64,000 nt of DNA, taken from the NCBI RefSeq assembly GCF_900964775.1, contig NC_041806.1, positions 16,454,297-16,518,296 of the forward strand, in the 5' to 3' direction. Source of the DNA: Scleropages formosus. Lineage: Eukaryota. Position 1 is the first letter of the stretch. Each line of letters opens with the position of its first letter. This document shows, piece by piece, positions 13,589 through 24,800 of this stretch. The notes beneath the pieces were generated by a model, which had not been told where the DNA came from, ran no database searches, and worked only from the letters and a program-made list of their open reading frames with translations. Position numbers and translations under genes: made by a program.

Positions 13589-14583
13589 GAAGGCAGCAAA
13601 CTGACAAGGAGAAGAACAAATTTAGAGATCAAAGTGGTTTGTTCTTTCCACATCCAGAGAGATTTTTATTTTTGAGAAGTGCTCTTGTTTATATTACATG
13701 AGTATTTTTTCCCTCATGCCAGATTTAGGGAAGATTTGCAGCACTTCCCCAAGACATCTTACACACATGTTTCTCATCATGTTTCTTCAGTGTCACAACT
13801 TCTGCACATGTGGCTTTGGCATATGTTGGTCTTAGACCTTCTGCCTGAGAAGGTGGGGAGCACAGGCATGGTAACTGCCCAACCGGAGGAAGGGTGAAAC
13901 AGGACAAATGTGCCCAGAGCTGCAATGTCCAAAATTATAGTTTAATTTTTTTTTATTGGACTCCGAAAGATCACCGTGAAACTGATATAAAAAGCATGTT
14001 CCAATTTGAGCGTACCATCTTAAGCTAATTATTGGAAAGTGATCATTTTATTTTTTGACAATGTATCCCGTATGATAATACAGAGTTTGTTTTTCAGGAA
14101 CAAACATACAACACATTGTTTTTTGACCAAAACAAAACACATAAATGTACAAAAGTGTGTATTTGCCATCTCAGGATAAGTACTGGTAAATAATAATTCT
14201 GTTTATTTAAAGTCCATGTCATATGACATTATACTGGATATTATACTGTACATTAGGTACAGCAGTCAAAATGTCATTCGTTCAGTGAGATTCACATGAC
14301 ATTATTCTATTGTATTGACTTTAATCCCAAGGTCTCCCTTCTCGTTACCTTACAAATGGGAACTGAAACAGCTGTGCTGTAAATCAGAGAAAATAACCCC
14401 CCTGACTATAATAAACCTGGCAATTGACTCATATCCTGAATTCCAGTGCTCTTAATTCTCTAATTTCCCTGCTAGGGCAGGGGAGTACACATTTATTATA
14501 GTGCAAGGAGGTGTGTCTTATGTGTTGTAACAAGCAGGGAGCAATAAAGGAACTCGTCTGCCATTCTTCTCTATATCCTAGGG

Positions 14584-15207
14584 ATGGCCAAGAATGAAGT
14601 TGCTTTCAACACCACCAGTAACCCCCTGTTCAACTTCTCTGCTGCTTCCTCACTGACCACAATCTTCAATGTGACATCCACCTCAAAACCAGACCCTTCT
14701 GCGAACATTATCAGTAATGCGGTGGGTGCCTTCATCCTCAGCTTGGTGTTTCTTCTGGGTGTCCCCGGGAACACCTTCATCATCTGGAGCATCTTGGCCC
14801 GTGCCCGTAAACACTCGGTCACCACCTTTCTCATCCTCAACCTGGCCTTTGCTGATGGCTGCCTGATGGCACTCACAGTCTTCTTTGTGGTTTACCTTGC
14901 CAAGCAAAGCTGGGTCTTCGGGAACGCCATGTGCAAGATACTCTTCTACCTGTGCAACACCAACATGTATGCGTCCATCATGCTCATCACGCTCATGAGC
15001 TTGCATCGGCTGGTGGCCGTGGTGTGGCCACACCGCCTGCATGCCTTCACTGGCAGGAGGACCATAATGCGCCTGATGCTGGGGCTTTGGGTGCTCGTGC
15101 TGCTCATGGCCATCCCTGGCCTCCTGTTCAGAGAGGAGAAGCTAGACACCAGCAATAAGGGAAACCCTCGGAAGGTGTGCGACGCCAAGCACACACAGTC
15201 CAAGCAG
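14584..15207 (+). CDS. ltb4r: Leukotriene B4 receptor-like GPCR, coding exon 1 (N-terminus to TM4 and ECL2, 208 codons)
   Basis: ORF MAKNEVAFNTTSNP...GVPGNTFIIWSILARARKHSVTTFLILNLAFAD...NMYASIMLITLMSLHRLVAVVWP...RKVCDAKHTQSKQ aligns with human LTB4R (GLPGNSFVVWSIL / VTALMVLNLALAD / SMYASVLLITAMSLDRSLAV). An acceptor tcctag (AG 14580-81) lies just upstream of the ATG, implying a 5'UTR intron. The exon ends at a GC donor CAG|GCAAGT (15208); this is the only boundary that restores the frame to exon 2. Confidence 0.75.
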
Positions 15208-15233
15208 GCAAGTAACATGGAGCGGGGAGAGGA

Positions 15234-15262
15234 TTTATTATTATTATTATTATTATTATTAT
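15234..15262 (+). repeat. (TTA)n microsatellite inside the 97-nt GC-AG intron 1 of the receptor gene
   Basis: gatttattattattattattattattattataa. Confidence 0.9.
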
Positions 15263-15304
15263 AAATAACGTTCCTGATTCACTGCTGCTCTTCTTCTGCT
15301 ATAG

Positions 15305-15505
15305 GTGATCTTCCACTACACCTTTGAGACGGTCATGGGATTTGTAGTTCCGTATGCTCTGATTGTTGGCAGCTACTCATGCATTGTGCGTCGGCTCAGA
15401 CAGACCAAGTTCCACCGGCAGGTCCGCAGTGAGAAACTCATCATGGCAATCGTTGTGACCTTTGGCCTCTTTTGGCTTCCCTACCACATTATCAACATTA
15501 TGCAG
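15305..15505 (+). CDS. ltb4r: LTB4R-like coding exon 2 (TM5-ICL3-TM6)
   Basis: Acceptor tctgctatag| then VIFHYTFETVMGFVVPYALIVGSYSCIVRRLRQTKFHRQVRSEKLIMAIVVTFGLFWLPYHIINIMQ. Human LTB4R has FHLIFEAVTGFLLPF...FWLPYHVVNL. Donor CAG|GTGTGT. Confidence 0.8.
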
Positions 15506-16734
15506 GTGTGTCTTTGTGCCCTGGAGTGTGTGTGCAATTTTCAAGAACTTTACAGAGATTTGTAGGGAAAATACCCCCAGCGCATGTACTGGAACATTTA
15601 CGTTCACATTTATTCATTTAGATCTGTTCATTTAGCAGACACTTTCCTCCAAAGCAACTTAAAATGAAAGTTATGTAGCATTTAGTCGACACCTTATCAT
15701 CCAGGGTGACTTATGGTGCTAGGTACTATACCGCAGTAAACTAAAGTATAGCCAGGAGAATGTGTGTTTGGTCAGTGGTCAATATTATAGTGCTGCTTTT
15801 GAGTTTATACTCATGTTCATGGTGGAGGAGTTGAGTTGACGCACACTTGCTACCATCACAGCGCCACAGCGTGCTGGAACAAATCTGCAGTGTAGGAATT
15901 GCCCCGCCCCTTTGCCCCATGCTGCCCTTGCTCACCCTGATGCTGAGAGCAGCACTGGCTGGTTGGAGGAGGAAACATGGGAACAAGGCGGAGAAGTGCC
16001 CACTACTAATTCGTGCCATCTGCAGGAACTCTTCCTTTCCCATCCCAAGGGGCCATGTGGTGTGGGGTCGGTGATACTTACACTGCCATCTGGTGGTGGA
16101 AGGTGGAATCACGTTGGAGGTGGAGGGGTTCATCACCCTGCTACTTGTCTAGTGTAAACATCCTCAGGTCTACCATCCTATACCACTTTCACTGTTGAAA
16201 TGTAACTAATTTAGCCATTCATGCCAAAGTCCCTTGAAGGGCATTTATACAGCTGGGAGATTTCTACTGAAGAAACCATTGTAAGAATCTTGCTGTAGGG
16301 CAGTACAGCAAGGGGTGAGAATTCAAACCATCAGCCTTGTGATTGCAAGACTACAGGTCTCAAAACTGAACCAACTGCTGGTGTAGCAGCCTCGATCTTA
16401 GATTGTGGCATCGCCCAATAACAAGGAATGACAGTGTATTGTTGGCCACAATTCTGAAGTGGTGTCCTACACACTGCTACACTGATCCCCATTTCTGCTA
16501 ATGGGATAGAACTGGACTACAACTGGACATATGGGAACATGAAGACCCGAAAAGGTACACAATAAATTATAACATAATGAGCAGTAATGTCAAATAAAAG
16601 TATGTATTAGTTATTAATAATATTGGTCCAGGAATCACATTAAGCACCTCCACCATCATCTCTGAGGTCCTGAAGGTCTCTCCTTCAGCTGGTGTGATGC
16701 ATCGTATGTCATTCTGGAGAAAAGCGTGTGCTAA

Positions 16735-17095
16735 ACAAATAAAGGTGGCATGGTGGCACAGCGAGTACTGCTGCTGTCTCACAGCGCCTGGGTGGTGCAA
16801 GAGGATGTAGGCTTGATCCCTGCTCAGTCTGTGTGGAGTTTGCATGTTCTCCTTGTGTCTGCATGGGTTTCCTCCCACAGTCCAAAGACATGCTGTTCAG
16901 GTTTCCCCATAGTGTGTGAGTGAGAGAGAGAAGGAGTGTGTTTCACTGATGTATGGATGAGTGACCCTGGTGTAAGTAGTGTATCTAGCAGTGTAAGTCA
17001 CCTTGGTGAATAAGGTGTGTGGGCTGATAACACTACATAGAGTTCATTGGAAGTTGTTCTGGAGAGAAGTGTGTGCTAAATAAATAAAGGTAGAT
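16735..17095 (+). repeat. SINE family B (tRNA head plus conserved Deu/V-SINE-like core gtttgcatgttctcc...cacagtccaaagacatgctg) in the receptor intron 2
   Basis: ggtggcatggtggcacagcgagtactgctgctgtctcacagcgcctgggtggtgcaagaggatgtaggcttgatccctgct...gtttgcatgttctccttgtgtctgcatgggtttcctcccacagtccaaagacatgctgttcagg...ctaaataaataaagg. Confidence 0.75.
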
Positions 17096-17354
17096 ATCAG
17101 CATACATTCTCCCTAATGTAGGAAGAAACCAAGTGCAACAGGGTTGCAGCAGCTGGAATAAAGAAGTTGAAGAACTGAATCTTTTGCCTCCACTCATAAC
17201 CAGCCTGGGCAGTGAGATGGCAAAAGGGATGCTGGCACTCCAGTTTGACATCCACCTTGTCCTATGGTACACTTCAGCGAGCTAGCAAAAAAGCAGCATG
17301 GTTCAGTCAAGTTACAGGGTGAAATGATCTAGGTGGTTGTTCTTTCTTCCACAG

Positions 17355-17398
17355 GTTGCCTCAGAGCTGTTCCCTCAGGACTCCGCAGTGGAAAATCG
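17355..17398 (+). CDS. ltb4r: LTB4R-like coding exon 3 (ECL3, 44 nt)
   Basis: Acceptor ttcttccacag| then VASELFPQDSAVEN + cg; donor CG|GTAGGA. The R codon is completed by the first nucleotide of exon 4, so phase is continuous. Confidence 0.65.
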
Positions 17399-17544
17399 GT
17401 AGGAGAAAAACACTCTTCTTGTACTGGAGAACACTGTAAAACTGGTGCTCTTCGGTTTGGTCCTCAGTTTAAAGTGTATTCCATGACTGGAGTGGTGTCA
17501 ACCCAGTGTTTATCATCTTTTTTGCTCTTCCCCAAAACACACAG

Positions 17545-17803
17545 CTTAAAATCCTGCCGTGTGGTGACATCTGCGCTGGCCTTCATCAGCAGCTGTGCCA
17601 ATCCCGTGCTGTACACCTTTGCTGGGAAGTCCTACATCCGGCAGAATGGCTTGTCCTTCATGGCGCGGCTGTTCGAGGGCACAGCGCTGGACTACAGGGC
17701 CAGAAAGAAGCGGAGGATCAACCAGACAAATGATGGACTTGTCTTGAAGGAAAAGGAGGCTGACTCCTTACCCAGTGACAGCGTGGTGAAGAACAAGGTG
17801 TAG
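17545..17803 (+). CDS. ltb4r: LTB4R-like coding exon 4 (TM7 with NPxxY, C-tail, stop)
   Basis: Acceptor ccccaaaacacacag| then (R)LKSCRVVTSALAFISSCANPVLYTFAGKSYIRQNGLSFMARLFEGT...VVKNKV*. Human LTB4R has LARNVLIALAFLSSSVNPVLYACAG...FVAKLLEGT. Stop TAG at 17801-17803. Confidence 0.8.
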
Positions 17804-18044
17804 CCAGGACTGGGAGCTCTGCTGCCCTCACACGTACATAGTTCTTCATGTCGATGCACTCGATTGCATGGAAACAACATTGCTTGTCTTCAGTGTAAAT
17901 GAATGGGGCACAATTAAAGACAACAGAAAACATGTAGAGTGTAGCCCCTACTGGACGCAGCGACAACCATATTCAGTATTTGCCATCTTTTGTATGCATA
18001 TATTTTGTAGACAGGATTTGCATGTATAAATGTATGTACAGTAT

Positions 18045-18375
18045 GTATATCTCACAGCACCTCGGTGGTGCAAGAGGATGTGGGTTCAATCCCCACTGAA
18101 TCTGTGAGGAGTTTGCATGTTCTCCCTGTGTCTGCGTGGGTTTCCTCCGGGTGCTCTGGTTTCCTCCCACAGTCCAAAGACATGCTGTTCAGGTTCACCC
18201 ATAGTGTGTGAGTGATGAAGAGAGTGTGTTCCACCAATGTATGGATGAGTGACCCATTGTAAGTAGTGTATCTAGCAGTGCAAGTCACCTTTGTGAATAG
18301 GGTGTGGGCTGATAACACTATGCAGTGTTCAATGGAAGTTGCTTTGGAGAAAAGCATCAGCTAAATTAATGAATG
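18045..18375 (+). repeat. SINE family B copy, in the receptor 3' flank
   Basis: About 90% identical to 16735-17095, including the tail ...gttgctttggagaaaagcatcagctaaattaatgaatg. Confidence 0.75.
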
Positions 18376-18879
18376 TAATGTGTGTCGATTAATGTCACAT
18401 TTCTTTGAAAAACCAAACACAGGAACTGCACATTTTGTTACGTTGGTATTTTTAAACAGCATTTTTTAAACTGAATTTTGTTAAACAAATTGTTTTCAGT
18501 GTATTACATTTTTAAAAAATAAAGTTACATGTAATTTTTTAATATGAGATGTATGTCGCTTTGGAGAAGAATGTCTGCTAAATGAATGACAATAAATCTA
18601 AATGCAAACATGAAATAATTTGTGCCTCGTTTTTTCATATATTGCAATGAGAAAAATATATCTATCCATTGTTAATAATCCATTGTCAATGTGGGGCAAA
18701 GCCTCGGGTGTGACACACTATTTCACACGTGAAGGTCAATTCAGATTCACCAGCTCACATGAACCACTGTCATGCAGGCAGAGCAAAAGGAGCACCAGAC
18801 TCAAGTGCGTTGTTCTGAATCCTTTTAATAATCCATGGGGTCAGACAAAAAGAGTAGTCAGGGGCAGGCAAGGGTCGAT

Positions 18880-21800
18880 CGATGAACAAACAGGATCCGA
18901 AGGAAAACAGAAAAACTGTAGCCAACAAAGCGAGATCAAGAACCGGGGAAGCAATCATGCAAGGGCCAGGAATCACACTGGGACAAAGCTCTGTGGTGTC
19001 TCCCTAGGAGGTTCTGCATGCAATGGCTTCCAGGGCACCCTTTTATGCCGGGTTCCCTTAATTGGCAGCAGGTGTCACTGAGGGACCAACAGATGAGGGT
19101 GTGACAGAACCCCCATCCCCATGGGCAGCTCTTGCCGCCCTACAAAGAAAAGGGGGCCGTCCCTGGGGACAAGGGCATGAAGGATGTGCCAAGGCAGTGA
19201 TTAGATCAGAGTCCAGAATGTCACGAGCACTCACCCAAGACCATTCCTCCACACCGTAGCCCTTCCAGTCCACCAGGTACTGTAGCGCCCCATGCCGTCT
19301 TCGGGAGTCCAGCAACGCCTGCATCATGTACACCGGTTCTCCATCTACCTGCAATGGAGGTGGAGGAGCGCTCGTGGCAGATGATTGGTGGAGTGAGGTC
19401 CGGCATGGTTTTAGCAGGGACATGTGGAACATGGGGTGTATCCGCAGTCCCGGAGGCAGTTGAAGCTTGTATGTGTAGCCTACCCACTCAATTCTGACTT
19501 TTTTATTAGGATTGTCTTACCATACAACTGAAAACCCCTTCGCATGGGAGGTGAACTGGTGATGTCTACAAAAAATACAAATTTGGGATACATTTACCAT
19601 TGCTTACAAATTTGAGGTGTATGACTTTGACTACGGTTCTGAGAGGCCCAGCTAGCGTATTGTATAGCTATACTGTTATATTGTGAGATTAGACCTCCCA
19701 TGCGTCACACTTAGCAACCATAGCCCTCATTTCCTTTATCTTTCTAAACACTTTGGTAAAGATGTTCCTGCACTGCCTGCCAAGCTGCCTCGCTGTTCTG
19801 GAACCAGGGTGCCAAGGGAACAGGGGAGGTTGGTACCTGAAGACGCACTGAAAAGGGCAGAGGCCTGTGGAGGAAAGGGACAGGGAGTTATGGGCATATT
19901 CGGCCCAGGGAAGGAAACAGGTCCACTGGTCTCGGTCTTGTCCACAGTAGCTTCTGAGGAAGCAGCCGTGGTCTTGGTTTAGCCGCTCCACTTGCCTGTT
20001 AGCCTGGGGATGGTAACCCAAGGTAAGGCTAACGGAAACTCCAAGTCTCTGCCAGAACGCCTTCCATACCCTGGATACAAACTGAGGGCCTCTATCGGAC
20101 ACAATATTCTCTGGTAACCTGAAGATCCGGAACACGTTCTGGAAGAGGAGCTCAGCCCTGGCCAGGGCAGAGGGGATTCGAGGCAAATGGAGTAGATGAC
20201 AGGACTTGGAAAACCTGTCCAACACCACCAAGATTACTGTGTTACCATCGGAGGGAGGTAAGTCTGTCAGGAAGTTCACCGATACATGGACCAAGGCCAG
20301 GATGGAACCGGAAGGGGCTTCAACAGCCCTGCAGGTTTCTGGTTCAGGGTCCTAGCCTGAGCACAAACCTCACACACCTACACAAACTCCTGCACGTCCT
20401 CCCTATGGGAGGGCCAGCAGTATTTCTTCTCAAGCAGGGAGAGAGTCTGTCGACACCCTGGGTGACCAGTAGCTGAGTCGTCATGTACCCAGTGGAGCAG
20501 CTGGGGGCGCATCCTGGCAGGGACATATTCCTTGCCTTTGGGGGCGTCAGTTGGACCAAGTTCCTCTGTTTGGGCCATCTGGAGGTCCTGCATGAACTGC
20601 CATCACACGGGAGCCACAAAGCAGGTATCGGGCAGGAAGGTCTTGGGCGAGTCTGGGGTCGAGTCCTTGACATACAACTGGGACAACAAGTGTCAGCCTT
20701 GGTGTTCATGGAGCCAGGGCAAAATGAGACAGTGAACTGGAACCTAGTAAAGAAAAGAACCCAATGGGCTTGTTGAGGATTGAGACGGCAGGCTGCCCTC
20801 AGGTACTCCAGGTTCCGGTGGTCGATAAGGACCAAGAACAGGTGAGTGGCACCCTCTAACCAGTGTCTCCACTCCTCTAAAGCCAGCTTGATGGCTAGCA
20901 ATTCCCTGTTACCGATGTCATAATTGCACTCAGCAGGTGATAACTTACTCGAAAAGTACGCACACGGGTGGAGCTTCGCTAGGGTTCCCTGTCTCTGCGA
21001 CGGAACTGCCCCTACACCCACAGTCAAGGCATCTACCTTGACAACAAAAGGCAACGATGGATTGGGGTGCCTAAGGATCGGGGCGGTCATAAAAAGCTGC
21101 TTGAGGTTCTGGAATGCCTCAAGGGCTTCTGGCTGCCTTCTAGTGGTGAGGGGAGCAGGAAGGCTACTAAAACTGTAAATGAACCAGGGGTAAAAGTTTG
21201 CGAACCCCAAAAACCACTGCAGAGCATTCACGGAGGTCGGACGGGGCCAAACTAGCACCGCATGGACCTTAGCTGGGTCCATTGCTAGCCCTTCTGGACC
21301 AAAGATGAAACCTAGGAAAGCCACACATTCCTGATGAAAAAGGCATTTCTCACCCTTAACAAGGAGACCATTGTCTAATAAGTGGCTGAGCACCTGTCTC
21401 ACGTGTGCCACATGCTCGATCATGGAATGAAAGAACGCCAGGATGTCGTCAAGGTAAATGAGTACACGCTTATTCACCAAATTCCCCAGCACATGATTTA
21501 CAAAGGCCTGGAAGAGGGAGCATTAGCTATACCGAAAGGGATAACCAGGTATTCATAGTGGCCCAGGGCAGTGCTAAACACCGGCTTCCATTTGTCCCCC
21601 TCCCTTATATAGATTAGATTATACACACTGCACAGGTCTAATTTAGTAAAAACCCTTGCTCTGTGGACCTGTTCTAGCATGGCCGTGATTAATGGCAAGG
21701 GATGAGGGTATTTTACAGTGATCTCGTTGAGACCTCTGTAGTCAATAGGGGCGCAGGGCACTGTCCTTTTTGCCCACAAAGAAAAGCCTGCTGAGGCTGG

Positions 21801-24800
21801 TGAGGTAGATGGCCTAATTATGCTTAAGCATAGGGCCTCAGCCACATATTCTTCCATGGCCTTCTACTCTGGTAGGGACAGTAGGTAGACCCGGCCCCTT
21901 GGAGGGGAGGTTCCCAGCAGGAGGTCAATGGCGCAATCCCATGGACGGTGTGGAGGTAGGGCAAACGCGTGTGATTTGTTAAAGACCTCTGCTAGATCCG
22001 TATATTTCTCTGGCACAGTTAGAGGCTGCAAGAACCCAGGGCTCTCAATCGACGTAGCTCGACAGGGTAGCGACAGAAAAGTGGAGGCGCACTGCTCTCC
22101 CCATGAAATCAGCCCTTGTCTGCGAGACTCCTCCATGTCTGTCCACGGCGCATTAAAGTGTAACTTAATGTCACAGCTTTGTGTGGGAATGCCATGTGAC
22201 CTTGCAAAAGCGATGTCCATGAAGTTACTAGCAGCTCCAGAGTGTCCGAACGCGCGCGTGACTATCTAGTGGGCACCCCCCTCCCAGGACAGAACAATTG
22301 GAATGGTGAGCTGTGGGGCTGGAGGGAGTGGGTCACTCACTCAATGGTGTCTACAGGCGGCTCTGGTGGAGCAGCGCTCCACACATGCTGCTGGGAAGTG
22401 GCTGGAACCACCGCAGTAGAGGCAAAGACTCTCTCGGAGATGTCACTGTCTTTCAGTGGGGGTCAGGTATCCTCGACTGACCTGCAAGGGCGTTGGGGTT
22501 TCCCTCGTAGTGGGCTGGGGGTATTGTAGACGTTCACGGGCCAGGTTGTCTAGTGTGATAACCTGCTATATGAATTGGTTCAGAATCCGTTATTTCCCTC
22601 AGGAGGCAAGCTGAAGAGTCACTGATCGAGGAAAGATGACCTTTGGTGGCGATCTGGGGTCTGGCAGTGAAGCTTGCGTCATCTCAGCTCTTGCATCTGA
22701 TTCTGGATGCAATGAACATTGGAGTTTCTGCAGAGCACTTTTTAGGTGTTTGATCACTGCTGGGTCCATGCTTAAGGCAGAATCTTCTGTCACACAGAAC
22801 CGAGGACGTGGGGATGGCTGGACCCAAGTACAGGATTGTTTGTCAGAAACCGAGTGGTCAGGAGTTCTCGTTGTTGGGAACAGGCGAAGAGTCGGTCAAT
22901 TGGCGGTCAGAGTGGGAGCGAAGATCTGTGGATGTAGTCAGGAGATGAGAGGAATGGTCAGAAGCCGGGGAACAAAGAATAGATACTGGGAACAAAGGAG
23001 ATCGGGACACGAGTGCTAATGAGGACGGTTGTCTCATTGAGATTCCCTGAGTGTGAGGGAGCTGAGGAGGGTCTTTTAAAGCCGGGTGTTCTGATTGTCA
23101 TCAGGTGCTTGATCCTCTTCAGGAGCTGTCGATTGCAGTGTAGGCATGGACATGACAGTAAAGGTCTTCCAAAGAACAACATAGCTGGCGTTCAATTTGT
23201 TGTAGCATGTGTGACATTACGGTACGCAAACAAAATCCTATGCAACTTATGGGTTAATATGATCTTGTCACCCATCATGGTGTGCAGCGCATTCTTCAGA
23301 CTTTTTAAAAATCTCTCCACTAATCCGTGTGTAGTGGGATGGTATGGGGCAGAGGTCACGTGCTTGATCCCAGTGTTCTTTAGGAAAATCTGGAACTCCT
23401 CAGATACAAACTTGGGCCCATTGTCACTCACCAGATGTTCTGGAACACCAGTCCTCACCAAAAGTTCTTTCAGCACTGTCATAGTTTGGGCAGTGGTTGT
23501 GGAAGACATGCTCAACACTTCTGGCCACTTTGAACACGCATTGACAACCATCAGAAATGTAGTGCCCATGAAAGGTCCAGCAAAGTCAACATGAATCTTT
23601 TGCCATGGCACAGGAGGCCATTCCCAAAGGTGCAATGGTACAGGTTTTGGCATATTTTAGTCTTGCTGGCATCCTGGGCAATACATTGCAAGCTATTGAT
23701 TTGCTGATCAATTCCTGGCCACCACACAAAACTTCTAGCAAGTGACTTCATCTTCACCACTCCTAGATGACCAGCATGAAGCTCTTCCAAGACTCAAGCT
23801 CGCAACTTCGGAGGTATAATGACCCTTAAACCCACGAGGCAACCTTCGTCTAGCATCAGTTCATCTCGATGCTGATAGCTGTGGAAACTGGATCTTTTGT
23901 TCTACATTCCAGCCAGTTTGAGTAGCTGTGTACACTCGGGACAACACTGGATCTCTCTTGGTTTCTCTCTGAATCATTTCAGTTGTAACACGGGAACTCT
24001 CGGTCTGAGCAAGAGTAAAAACATCCAGGGGAGTGTTTCCTTTTGCAGGATTTGTATCATCACCGTCTAATGGTAGACGTGATAGTCCATCAGCATTTGC
24101 ATGACTGTGTGCTCTTTTGAACTCAATCTGGTATCTATGTCCTCCCAAAAACAACGCCTAGCACTGCATTCATGCTGCAGCTGTCAGTGAAATGCCTTTC
24201 CGTGGATTCAAAATGGAAACCAATGGTTGTTGGTCAGAAACCAAAGTAAATTCGTTTCCATACAGATACTGATGGAATCGTTTCACACCCCACACTAGAC
24301 TCAAAGCCTCTCTATCAATCTGTGTATAATTTTTCTCTGCAGGGTTGAGAGAATGTGATGCAAAAGCTATAGGGTGTTCAGTTCCATCACTCATGACATG
24401 CAATAACACCACTCCAATACTGTACGGCGAAGCATCACAGGCTATCTTGATGAGTTTACGTGGATCAAAATGGGTCAACACCGTTTCTGATACTACTGGT
24501 TTCTTCGCTTCCTGAAACGCTCGTTGACACTGTTTTGTCCACATCCATTTTTGTCCTACTCACAGCAGTGCATTCAGGGGATGGAGAAAAGTGGCGAGGT
24601 TTGCCAAAAACCGGTTATAATAATTAAAAAATCCAAGGAACAACCTCAACAGTGTGGGGACTCTGCAACAGCCCTTGTCTTGTCATGACACTTCTGCAGG
24701 CTATTTGCATCAATCTTGTGTCCACAATATATAATAGTACTCCTGAAAAGCTCACACTTATCATGCCTTGCATGCAGTCCATAATTTCTTAGTCTCTGCA

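Noticed and set aside
22636-23019. Plus-strand 127-aa ORF inside the Gypsy cluster
   Set aside because: It is antisense to a degenerate retroelement region and has no motif support. It is probably spurious.
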